NCBI GenBank assembly: GCA_964588695.1
Contig: CAZPQK010000016.1
Location: 95-64,094, forward strand
Length of the DNA: 64,000 nt
Origin: an uncultured bacterium
GTDB taxonomy: Bacteria > Krumholzibacteriota > Krumholzibacteriia > WVZY01 > JAKEHA01
Direction of reading: 5' to 3'
Below, one piece after another: positions 9,470-17,995 of this stretch; position 1 is the stretch's first letter; the number at the start of each line of letters is the position of its first letter. A model generated the notes under the pieces. That model ran no database searches, was not told the DNA's origin, and worked only from the letters and a program-made list of their open reading frames with translations. The translations under genes were made by a program, and so were the position numbers.

Positions 9470-10075
9470 TTAGCGAATGATGTTACCCACTCGCGAGAAT
9501 CGAATGGAGTGCTTGGTTGGATTCCACGAGAAGTAAATGAACATTGCCTTGCCGGTGATATATTTTTTGTCGAGCGGCCCCCAGGCACGACTGTCGGCGC
9601 TATTGTCGCGATTGTCCCCCATCATCCACACCGTTCCATCAGGAACGGTCACCGGACCAAACTGTCGCTGCGGGCGATCGCCCAGGACATACTTAACGAA
9701 AGGCTCATCGCGCTTCTCACCATCGACGTACAGGTCGTTACCTTTTAGTTCGACGGTTTGGCCTTCGATAGCAATGCATCGCTTAATGTAGTCCTTGTTA
9801 CCGTCGTGTGGCGCTTTAAAGATAATAATGTCGCCCGGCCGCGGGTCGCGAATGCCAGGAAGGCGCGAATCGGTAAACGGCAGCTTGGCCCCATACAGAA
9901 ACTTGTTCGCAAACAAGAAATCCCCAACCAGCAAAGTATCTTCCATCGACTCCGACGGAATCCGAAACGCCTGCACGAAGAACGTACGTACAAAAAACGC
10001 AAGCGCCACCGCCATAACGATGATCTCGGTATACTCGCGAATTATTCCTTTTTTGCGTGTCTTGCTCTTGGCCAT
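9470..10075 (-). CDS. lepB: Signal peptidase I (S26 family)
   Basis: TM anchor followed by PSESMEDTLLVGDFLFANKF (catalytic Ser box) and GDNRDNSADSR (box E). Confidence 0.85.
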   Translation of the reverse strand: MAKSKTRKKGIIREYTEIIVMAVALAFFVRTFFVQAFRIPSESMEDTLLVGDFLFANKFLYGAKLPFTDSRLPGIRDPRPGDIIIFKAPHDGNKDYIKRCIAIEGQTVELKGNDLYVDGEKRDEPFVKYVLGDRPQRQFGPVTVPDGTVWMMGDNRDNSADSRAWGPLDKKYITGKAMFIYFSWNPTKHSIRFSRVGNIIR

Positions 10076-10077
10076 TA

Positions 10078-11889
10078 CTACCCTTTTTGTTCAACTTGCA
10101 AAACGGCGAGGAAGGCTTCCTGAGGAATCTCCACTTTGCCCACCATCTTCATTCGCTTCTTACCCTCTTTTTGCTTTTCCAGCAACTTACGCTTGCGGGT
10201 AATGTCGCCGCCGTAACACTTGGCCGTTACGTTCTTGCGCAACGCTTTGATATTTGTCCGCGAAATTACTTTGCTGCCGATACACGCCTGGATAGCCACT
10301 TCGTACATCTGGCGCGGAATCACTTCTTTTAACTTGCTCGCCATGTCGCGCCCAAAATAGTACGACTTGTCTTTGTGAACAATCATTGACAGTGCGTCTA
10401 CGGCCTCGCCATTGATGGCGATATCCAACCGAACCAGGTCGCTGCGAACGTGGTCGTGATACTCGTAGTCGAGGCTCGCGTAGCCCCGCGAAACGCTCTT
10501 TAATTTATCATAGTAGTCGATAAGAATCTCGGCCAGCGGCATGTCATAGCGCAAAACCGCCCGCTTTTCGGCGATATACTCCATCTCCAAATATATACCG
10601 CGTTTTTCCTTATTAAGTTTCATCACCGCCCCAACGTACTCGCTGGGGGTGATGATCTCGGCGCGGACCATGGGCTCGCGCACGTGGTCGATGTCACCCG
10701 CCGAAGGAAATCGCGCCGGGTTGTCCACCTTGGCCACGTCGCCGTTCTTTAAGTGAACCCGGTAGGCCACGTTGGGCATGGTGGTAATCAGGTTAAGCTT
10801 GTGTTCGCGCTCCAGGCGCTCCTGGATAACTTCCATGTGCAGAAGCCCCAAGAACCCACAACGAAACCCAAACCCGAGAGCTTCGGACGTATCCGGCTCG
10901 AACTGAAACGACGAATCGTTTAGCTGCAGTCGCTCCAGCGCGTCACGAAGGTCGGCGTAGTCGTCAGAGTCGACTGGGTAGAGCCCGCTAAACACCATCG
11001 GCTTGATTTCTTCGTAGCCGGGTAGAGGCTCGGTGCAGGGATCAGCGGCGCGGGTAAGCGTGTCGCCCACTTTCGTGTCTTTAAGATCCTTCAACCCCGT
11101 AACCACGTAGCCAACTTCGCCGGCCATAATTTTCGCCGTCGGCTCCATGGTTAAACGAAAGTAGCCGACCTCGGTGGTCTCGAACACCTTACTGTTGGAA
11201 AGCATCTTAAGCGCGTCGCCTTTAGCAAGCTCGCCTTCGACCACGCGAACGTAGATGACCGAACCCTTGTAAACGTCAAAGTACGAGTCAAAAATAAGCG
11301 CTTGTGTCTTTGCCGCTCGATTACCTTTGGGCGGCGGAACCAAATCGACCACGGCCTCCAGCAAGTCTTCCACCCCGGTACCGTCGCGTGCGCTAACTTT
11401 AAGGATCTCGTCGGGGTCGCAACCGATCAGGTCGACCAACTCTTGAGTCACTTCGTCGACCCGTGCGCTCGCCAGGTCGATCTTGTTGAGCACCGGGATA
11501 ATCTCCAGGCCGCCATCGATGGCCAGATACACGTTCGATATGGTCTGAGCCTGAATTCCCTGCGCGGCATCTACAACCAGGATCGCTCCCTCACACGCCG
11601 CCAGGCTGCGCGAGACTTCATAAGCGAAGTCGACGTGCCCCGGCGTGTCGATGAGGTTAAACAAATATTGACCACCGTCGCGCGCATTGTACTCCATGCG
11701 AATGGGATGGCTCTTAATGGTGATCCCGCGCTCGCGCTCAAGGTCCATCGTATCCAACACCTGCGCGCGCATTTGCTTGTCGGTGAGCGTCTTGGTGCTC
11801 TCCAATAAGCGGTCGGCCAACGTCGACTTGCCATGGTCGATGTGGGCGATAATGCAGAAGTTGCGAATCTGTTCTTGCGAGAAGCTCAT
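10078..11889 (-). CDS. lepA: Elongation factor 4 (LepA)
   Basis: [23 protein letters not shown]1 motif. Full-length 603 aa with LepA C-terminal domain. Confidence 0.95.
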   Translation of the reverse strand: MSFSQEQIRNFCIIAHIDHGKSTLADRLLESTKTLTDKQMRAQVLDTMDLERERGITIKSHPIRMEYNARDGGQYLFNLIDTPGHVDFAYEVSRSLAACEGAILVVDAAQGIQAQTISNVYLAIDGGLEIIPVLNKIDLASARVDEVTQELVDLIGCDPDEILKVSARDGTGVEDLLEAVVDLVPPPKGNRAAKTQALIFDSYFDVYKGSVIYVRVVEGELAKGDALKMLSNSKVFETTEVGYFRLTMEPTAKIMAGEVGYVVTGLKDLKDTKVGDTLTRAADPCTEPLPGYEEIKPMVFSGLYPVDSDDYADLRDALERLQLNDSSFQFEPDTSEALGFGFRCGFLGLLHMEVIQERLEREHKLNLITTMPNVAYRVHLKNGDVAKVDNPARFPSAGDIDHVREPMVRAEIITPSEYVGAVMKLNKEKRGIYLEMEYIAEKRAVLRYDMPLAEILIDYYDKLKSVSRGYASLDYEYHDHVRSDLVRLDIAINGEAVDALSMIVHKDKSYYFGRDMASKLKEVIPRQMYEVAIQACIGSKVISRTNIKALRKNVTAKCYGGDITRKRKLLEKQKEGKKRMKMVGKVEIPQEAFLAVLQVEQKG

Positions 11890-11898
11890 AGTTATTAA

Positions 11899-12564
11899 CT
11901 AAAACGAAACCATTAGCGAAACGCCGCGTTCGTCCACACCAACTCCGCGCTGAGGAGCCTGACTTAGCCCCGGCGGATCGTAACTACGAACGTCGTAAAG
12001 ATGAGCGTCGATCCACGCGTCGAGCACGCCGATCAGCCAAATAAATCCCGACCACCACGCGAAGTCTTTGGCGGTTTCCTTATGGAACTCGATAAAGGCG
12101 TTGGTTAAAGACAACTCGTTATTGTAGTCTGCCAGCGCTCCCGCGTTGGTGGGCGGGTCTTGCGCTTCTAAGATTTCGCGGCGCACCTCGTAACGCTGCG
12201 CCTTCTTCTGATTAATCCAAATGCGGCTGCTGTAATAAAACATGTAGCCCACCATTAGCCCGGTCTTCAGGCGTCGTCCATTGTACAACTGCCCAAGCCC
12301 CGGAAGCGCGGCGCTACTCCACATTGCCACCTTAGGACTCTTTCGTCGCTGCCATTGATACTGGCCCACCGTCTCCTTGCGCCCCATCCGCCGAAGCACT
12401 TCCGACATCGCCTCGGGCGACTGCTCTTCGCTTGACGTGTCTGCCGGAGTCCACGAGGCCGCGGCCGCGGCGCTGGACTCGCCCCTACCCCAATTTGCGT
12501 CGGCATACACCGGCGCGGCTAACATGACAGCGCCCAGCAACAGGGCTATGCAAGCCGCGGGACG
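11899..12564 (-). CDS. DUF5683-like membrane-associated protein; start trimmed because the track ORF overlaps tRNA-Sec
   Basis: SSAALPGLGQLYNGRRLKTGLMVGYMFYY resembles DUF5683 proteins of FCB-group bacteria. The upstream part of ORF 11899..12732 covers the tRNA gene, so the true start must be downstream. TTG near 12564 (giving RRPAACIALLLGAVMLAAPVYA signal) or ATG at 12525 are candidates. Confidence 0.45.
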   Translation of the reverse strand, partial: RPAACIALLLGAVMLAAPVYADANWGRGESSAAAAASWTPADTSSEEQSPEAMSEVLRRMGRKETVGQYQWQRRKSPKVAMWSSAALPGLGQLYNGRRLKTGLMVGYMFYYSSRIWINQKKAQRYEVRREILEAQDPPTNAGALADYNNELSLTNAFIEFHKETAKDFAWWSGFIWLIGVLDAWIDAHLYDVRSYDPPGLSQAPQRGVGVDERGVSLMVSF

Positions 12565-12645
12565 ACGCAACAGAATGACACCTCGATGGCCGTAACTACA
12601 ACGGAAAGCTACAGATACACTAAACCCGCGACCGGGGTGAAGTAA

Positions 12646-12740
12646 TGGCGGGAATGTGTGGGAATCGAACCCACCTCGGACGGTCTCGCCCGACGCAGGG
12701 ATTTGAAGTCCCGGAGACCCACCAGGGCCCATCCATTCCC
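12646..12740 (-). tRNA. selC: tRNA-Sec (selenocysteine tRNA, anticodon UCA)
   Basis: Reverse complement is GGGAATGGATGGGCCCTGGTGGGTCTCCGGGACTTCAAATCCCTGCGTCGGGCGAGACCGTCCGAGGTGGGTTCGATTCCCACACATTCCCGCCA. It has an extended acceptor, a 6-bp D-stem with a 4-nt loop, anticodon loop CUUCAAA (as in E. coli selC), a long variable arm (7-bp stem), a 5-bp T-stem with TTCGATT loop, discriminator G plus CCA. Length is 95 nt. Confidence 0.8.
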
Positions 12741-12831
12741 GTGACCCAGTGTCGCGGGCACGCGAAACACGGTGGAATATAACAGGATGGCTCAGTCGGT
12801 TGAAGCAGTTTTTGGGAGCAAGCCGGCCGCG

Positions 12832-13212
12832 CTAGCGTCGCGCTATGACGTCGATTTCGACGCGGGCACCTTTCGGTAACCCGGCAACAGCGACCGTGGA
12901 ACGCGCCGGCGGTGGGTCCGCGAAGAACTCGCCATACACCTCGTTGACGGCGCCAAAGTCGTCCATGGTCAGCAAGAAGATCGTGGTCTTGACGACATCG
13001 TTAAAGTTCAACCCGGCCGACTGCAGCACCGCTTGCAGGTTGTGCATGACCTGGCGGGTCTGCTCGCCGATGTCGCCATCGACTAGCTCCATCGACTTGG
13101 GGTCCAGCGGAATCTGGCCCGAACAAAACACCAGGTCGCCAATGGCGATGGCCTGGCTGTACGGTCCAATTGCGTCGGGCGCGCTTTGAGTGTGAATACG
13201 TTCGCGCCCCAT
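12832..13212 (-). CDS. ridA: RidA/YjgF-family reactive-intermediate deaminase
   Basis: APDAIGPYSQAIAIGDLVFCSGQIPLDP... is the RidA signature. Confidence 0.85.
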   Translation of the reverse strand: MGRERIHTQSAPDAIGPYSQAIAIGDLVFCSGQIPLDPKSMELVDGDIGEQTRQVMHNLQAVLQSAGLNFNDVVKTTIFLLTMDDFGAVNEVYGEFFADPPPARSTVAVAGLPKGARVEIDVIARR

Positions 13213-15041
13213 TATTCGACCGTCACGCTCTTGGCAAGGTTACGCGGCTGATCGACATCGCAACCCCGTAGCACGGCGATGTGGTAGGCCAGCAACTGGG
13301 TCGGAATAACGGTTAGTATTGGATACAGAAAGTCGAGCGTCAGCGGAATCTGGATAACGTGGTCGGCGACTTTCGCTACTTCGGTATCGCCTTCGTTAGC
13401 GATGGCGATGATCCGCCCCTTGCGCGCTTTCACTTCGGCGATGTTGCCAAGAATTTTGTGGTAGGCATTGTCTTTGGGACAAATTACCACGACCGGCATT
13501 TGGTCGTCGATCAGCGCAATCGGGCCATGCTTCATTTCGGCCGCGGGATACCCTTCGGCATGAATGTAAGAGATCTCTTTAAGTTTCAGCGCACCTTCCA
13601 GCGCGACCGGAAAGTTCGCTCCGCGCCCCAAGTACAGAAAGTTGGAGTCGTTGCAGTAGGCTTCGGCGATCTCTTTGATCTGGTCGTCCATTTTTAGAAT
13701 GGATTCAACTTGTTGCGGCAGTTTTTCGAGGTATTCGATCTGCTCCTGCCCTTCGCGCTTGGACATGACGCGCATGCGGCCAAGCAGCAGAGCGAGCAGG
13801 CTAAGCACAGTCACCTGCGACGTGAACGCCTTGGTCGACGCCACTCCAATCTCCGGACCCGCATGAATATAAACGCCGCCGTCCGACTCACGAGCAATGG
13901 TTGAACCCACCACGTTGGAGATTCCCAGAACCGTCGACCCCTTGCGCCGAGCTTCGCGCATGGCTTCCAAAGTGTCGATGGTTTCGCCCGACTGACTGAT
14001 TGCAAACGTCACCGTGTTGGGTTCGATCATCGGATTACGGTAACGAAACTCCGACGCGTACTCTACTTCGACCGGAATGCGCGCGTACTCTTCGATAACG
14101 TACTCGCCGATTAGTCCCGCGTGCCAGCTGGTGCCGCAGCCGAGAATCTGAATCCGCTTTATTTCGCGGAGGGCCGCTTCGGTCATGTTCAGGCCGCCCA
14201 AATGTGCCAGCCCGTCTTCGGCAACCAATCGCCCACGCATCGCGTTGCGGATGGTCTCGGGTTGCTCAAAGATTTCCTTAAGCATGAAGTGGTCGAAGCC
14301 ACCTTTTTCGATCATCTCAAGATCCCAATCGATCTCTTGAATCTCTTTCTTAATGTCGATATTAGTAACCGTCTTGGTGATAAAGTGATCGTTCCACACG
14401 GTCACCATTTCTTTGTCATCCAAATAAACGACTTTGTCGGTGTGCTTTAGGATGGCGGAAACATCAGACGCAAGGAAGTTCTCTCCGTCGGCAACGCCCA
14501 CCACCAGAGGGCTACCGTTGCGGACGCCAATAAGCTTGTCCGGTTCCTGCTCGCACATGATGACCAGGCCATAGGTGCCTTCAATCTGGGCCACGGTCTT
14601 TTGCACGGCTTCTTCCAGGGAGCCGTCGTAAAACTTTTCGATGAGGTGCGAGATCACTTCGGTGTCGGTGTCCGACTCAAACTCGTGACCCTCTTTTTGC
14701 AGCTGGCGCTTAATGCTGCCGTAGTTTTCGATGATGCCGTTGTGAACAACGACGAACTTACCCGAACGATCGGATTGCGGATGCGCATTGACCGTGTTGG
14801 GTTCACCGTGAGTTGCCCAGCGCGTATGCGCGATGCCGCGCGTGCCCTGAAATTGTGGACGCTGTTCAAGTAGTTGCTCGAGACGCGAGATCTTACCTTC
14901 GGACTTGGTTACGACAACTTTCCCGTCCTCTTCGATCGCGACACCCGCCGAGTCGTACCCGCGGTATTCAAGGCGCTTAAGACCTTCAAGCAAATAAGGC
15001 AGCGCCCGATTAGGCCCGATGTATCCGATAATTCCGCACAT
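13212..15041 (-). CDS. glmS: Glutamine--fructose-6-phosphate aminotransferase GlmS
   Basis: MCGIIGYIG N-terminal nucleophile. 609 aa with two SIS domains and C-terminal ...KSVTVE. Confidence 0.95.
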   Translation of the reverse strand: MCGIIGYIGPNRALPYLLEGLKRLEYRGYDSAGVAIEEDGKVVVTKSEGKISRLEQLLEQRPQFQGTRGIAHTRWATHGEPNTVNAHPQSDRSGKFVVVHNGIIENYGSIKRQLQKEGHEFESDTDTEVISHLIEKFYDGSLEEAVQKTVAQIEGTYGLVIMCEQEPDKLIGVRNGSPLVVGVADGENFLASDVSAILKHTDKVVYLDDKEMVTVWNDHFITKTVTNIDIKKEIQEIDWDLEMIEKGGFDHFMLKEIFEQPETIRNAMRGRLVAEDGLAHLGGLNMTEAALREIKRIQILGCGTSWHAGLIGEYVIEEYARIPVEVEYASEFRYRNPMIEPNTVTFAISQSGETIDTLEAMREARRKGSTVLGISNVVGSTIARESDGGVYIHAGPEIGVASTKAFTSQVTVLSLLALLLGRMRVMSKREGQEQIEYLEKLPQQVESILKMDDQIKEIAEAYCNDSNFLYLGRGANFPVALEGALKLKEISYIHAEGYPAAEMKHGPIALIDDQMPVVVICPKDNAYHKILGNIAEVKARKGRIIAIANEGDTEVAKVADHVIQIPLTLDFLYPILTVIPTQLLAYHIAVLRGCDVDQPRNLAKSVTVE

Positions 15042-15053
15042 GCGATTTCCTCT

Positions 15054-16412
15054 TTAGTTCCAGGATCTATCCAAAACCTGTTTGGCTTGTTGCTGTAGCT
15101 CGTCCGCTTCCGCGGCCGTAGGCGCTTCGGTGATAATCCGAACCACGCCTTCGGTGTTAGAGATCCGCAGATGAATCCAACGGTCGGCGAACACCGCTTT
15201 TACCCCATCCTGCGTGTCGATCGTATCAGGATTGAGTTCGCCTAGATATCCAGAAATCCGCTCCAGGGAGAACTCCCCACCAAGGGGAGTCTTAGATTTG
15301 GCAATAACAAATGGCGGGTAGGTGTCCACCAGCTCCCGTAGCGAAACCCCGCGTTCCGCTAAAATCTGCAAAATAAATGCCATACCGAGCGGCGCATCGC
15401 GGCCAGGGTGCAAAGTCGGGTAAATGACGCCCCCGTTGCCTTCTCCGCCGATGGGCGCGCCGCTTTCGAGCATTCTGGCCACCACATGGGCCTCGCCAAC
15501 TGGGGTACGGTACACAGGCACCGCGTGATTTTTCGCAACTGCGTCCACCACGCCCGAAGTGCTCATGTTAGCTACCACCGGCCCCGGCGTATGAGAAAGG
15601 ACATGATCGATGGCCACTGCGAGGGTGTATTCCTCGCTGATCGCCGTTCCAGTGTTGTCGACCAGCGCCAGCCGATCGGCATCGGGATCGCTTGCAAACC
15701 CAAGGTCCGCGCCTTCGGCCTTAACTTTCTCGGCTAACTCCTGAAGCGTGTCCGGCCGCGGTTCGGGATCACGAAAAAAATCTCCGTCGTCTTTGACGTT
15801 AATCCCCACAACCTCCACACCGAGTGCGGCCAACAAGTCCGGTGCAATCACACTTCCCGCACCGTTAATGCAATCAAGTACAACCTTGAACTTTCGCTCG
15901 CGAATCTTGTCGACGTCGATAATGTCGAGCGCAAGGATATCGGCGATGTGATCTTGCGACGCATTGTCGAACGTTTCGATTGCACCGTATCCATCGCCCA
16001 GCGCGAGATCGAAATTGTTATTTTGATAATTGGCAAGGACACCGTCGCCCATCTCTTTGTTAATAAAGATGCCGCGGTGATCCAAAAATTTGAGCGCGTT
16101 CCATGCGATTGGGTTGTGGCTGGCAGTAAGGATGATTCCGCCAGCGGCGCCGAGTTGCTCCACCATCAATTCGACCGTGGGAGTTGCAGCAATACCCACG
16201 TCGATAACTTTACGACCGCTAGCCGACACGGCCGCCATCGCGGCAAGCTTGAACGCTTCGCCGCTGGGTCGCGTGTCGCGACCGACCACTATGTGCCCCG
16301 AAGGCAGGACATTACAGAACGCGAGCGTGAGCCTGGTAACGACGTCGACATCGATCGTCTTACCCACAATCCCGCGGGCACCGGCGACGCTAAAAAGGAG
16401 TTGGTCGGACAC
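15054..16412 (-). CDS. Phosphoglucosamine mutase-like enzyme (PGM/PMM superfamily), GTG start
   Basis: TASHNPIAWNALKF phosphoserine loop. Four-domain PGM/PMM architecture. It is immediately upstream of glmS, as glmM is in many genomes. Confidence 0.75.
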   Translation of the reverse strand: MSDQLLFSVAGARGIVGKTIDVDVVTRLTLAFCNVLPSGHIVVGRDTRPSGEAFKLAAMAAVSASGRKVIDVGIAATPTVELMVEQLGAAGGIILTASHNPIAWNALKFLDHRGIFINKEMGDGVLANYQNNNFDLALGDGYGAIETFDNASQDHIADILALDIIDVDKIRERKFKVVLDCINGAGSVIAPDLLAALGVEVVGINVKDDGDFFRDPEPRPDTLQELAEKVKAEGADLGFASDPDADRLALVDNTGTAISEEYTLAVAIDHVLSHTPGPVVANMSTSGVVDAVAKNHAVPVYRTPVGEAHVVARMLESGAPIGGEGNGGVIYPTLHPGRDAPLGMAFILQILAERGVSLRELVDTYPPFVIAKSKTPLGGEFSLERISGYLGELNPDTIDTQDGVKAVFADRWIHLRISNTEGVVRIITEAPTAAEADELQQQAKQVLDRSWN

Positions 16413-16413
16413 A

Positions 16414-16512
16414 GGGCTACTTTCTTGAGGAGGCGTTTAACTTGTTATTTCCCAAGAAAGTAGCCCCGCGGGAAGCGGGTGTCAAGCCTGCAAGACGGCA
16501 CCGGTGCCGTCG
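16414..16512 (-). promoter_or_regulatory. Structured leader/intergenic region upstream of the glmM-like/glmS operon (long hairpin abutting the start codon, plus promoter-like hexamers)
   Basis: 14-bp stem GGGCTACTTTCTTG...CAAGAAAGTAGCCC (16414-16467) with a 26-nt loop directly adjacent to the GTG start. A second hairpin CCCGCGGGAAGCGGG follows, then the palindrome GACGGCACCGGTGCCGTC (16495-16512). On the minus strand there is TTGACA, 17 nt, TACTTT. Confidence 0.35.
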
Positions 16513-16517
16513 AATTT

Positions 16518-17111
16518 TTAGTGATAGAGCGCCTTAATCTGGCCCCAAGACGTGACCGCAATCGGAGTGGTCTGCGAAGTGCTTTCACAGCCTTCACATT
16601 CTTCCGTTACGTTGATGACCCCATGGGTTTGATCCACCCAGGTGGTTATCGAGCCCGGAGGGGTCGCGCAGTCTACAGTCGCAACAAATCCCTCGTTCTC
16701 CAGCGAAGAGTTGGGATTGTTTAGCAACCGAACAAACTGACATTCGCCAGCCGTACCTTGAGTTTGGTAGTAAACCGTCATGATTCGAAAGGTCGCTTCG
16801 GTGATGCACCCTCCCAGGGCAAGCGATACGCCGGACTCGGGAGAACCTGCCGTCAGATAGCTGACCGACCCCAGCGCGAATCCCACGTACAACCATCCCG
16901 CTGCAGCATCGGGCTCGATCATATACTCGACAGCGCTTATGCCTTCCGTTGGATCGTTCTTGTAGACGATGTGCGTCGCCACTAATGTCGGCGTCTCATC
17001 AGCGAAGTTGCAGCTCGCCCCAGTTTCATCAGAATAAACTCCGATCACGCCGGCGGAGCTAGAGCCTATCGACAACGCAGTTATAGCCAAGACCAAATAG
17101 AAAACTCTCAT
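16518..17111 (-). CDS. Hypothetical secreted protein
   Basis: Signal peptide MRVFYLVLAITALSIGSSSA. No recognisable family. Confidence 0.5.
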   Translation of the reverse strand: MRVFYLVLAITALSIGSSSAGVIGVYSDETGASCNFADETPTLVATHIVYKNDPTEGISAVEYMIEPDAAAGWLYVGFALGSVSYLTAGSPESGVSLALGGCITEATFRIMTVYYQTQGTAGECQFVRLLNNPNSSLENEGFVATVDCATPPGSITTWVDQTHGVINVTEECEGCESTSQTTPIAVTSWGQIKALYH

Positions 17112-17283
17112 CTTTCCTCCAAACCACAGACTCCGAACACCGGTGGAAAAGCGTGCGGGGATGATTACAGTCTAGCAAACCTAGAACGATCGGACAATAA
17201 TTTGGCGGCTGGCGCAGTTTGACCGTGACGAAGCAAGTGGTTTATAATTACTGGATTAGCGTTCCCCCACCCAGAAAGAAGCC

Positions 17284-17994
17284 ATGGTAAAAGACCGCCA
17301 GACCCAGATGCGGGACTACTACGATCAGTCCGACTACTTCGAGCGTTTCGCCGACCATTACGGCGCCAAGGACAGCGCGTTTAATCAATATGCCCGCAAG
17401 TACATTTTCTCGATTTACACGCCGGCAGAAGACGAGCGTATCCTCGATGTGGGATGCGGATGGGGGAACATTTCGCTGGCACTGTTGCGCCAGGGACGCA
17501 ATCTGGTTGGACTCGACTACTCGGTAAAGTCCGCGCAGATCTGCCGACAGGGTTCGCAGGAACTTGGACTCAGCGACAGCCGGTTCGTATGCGCTGACGC
17601 TGGCAATATGTCTTTTGGCAGCGGAAGCTTCGACGTGATTTATGCCGCTGGGGTTATCGAGCACATGTATCCCGAAAACTACGCGCGGTTTATCAATGAA
17701 GCACGGCGGGTGTTATCGGACCGCGGGCGATTGGTGCTGGGAACGCCCAACCCGCATCACGTCTTCGAGTTGCTTAAGCGCAACAACATCCTCATGAAGG
17801 AAGACGCATCGCACGTCGACTACAAAACGCTTCCCCGAATCACCAAGACGCTCGAACAGAACGGGTTCGAAATTGAACGTGCCTACTATTACCACTCGCA
17901 CGTGAAAGGTTTTGCAGCGCTAGAGAAGCTAACCAGCGGATTCATTCCAATAATGCGTCGACGGATTTGTGTGCTGGCGCGGAAGACGGGCTAG
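17284..17994 (+). CDS. Class I SAM-dependent methyltransferase
   Basis: ILDVGCGWGNISLALLRQGRNLVGLDYS (motif I) and downstream motifs typical of Methyltransf_11/25. Confidence 0.8.
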   Translation: MVKDRQTQMRDYYDQSDYFERFADHYGAKDSAFNQYARKYIFSIYTPAEDERILDVGCGWGNISLALLRQGRNLVGLDYSVKSAQICRQGSQELGLSDSRFVCADAGNMSFGSGSFDVIYAAGVIEHMYPENYARFINEARRVLSDRGRLVLGTPNPHHVFELLKRNNILMKEDASHVDYKTLPRITKTLEQNGFEIERAYYYHSHVKGFAALEKLTSGFIPIMRRRICVLARKTG

Positions 17995-17995
17995 C

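Noticed and set aside
12267-12732. N-terminal 55 codons of track ORF 11899..12732 and ORF 12267..12506
   Set aside because: They overlap the tRNA-Sec gene. The protein-coding start was moved downstream of the tRNA.
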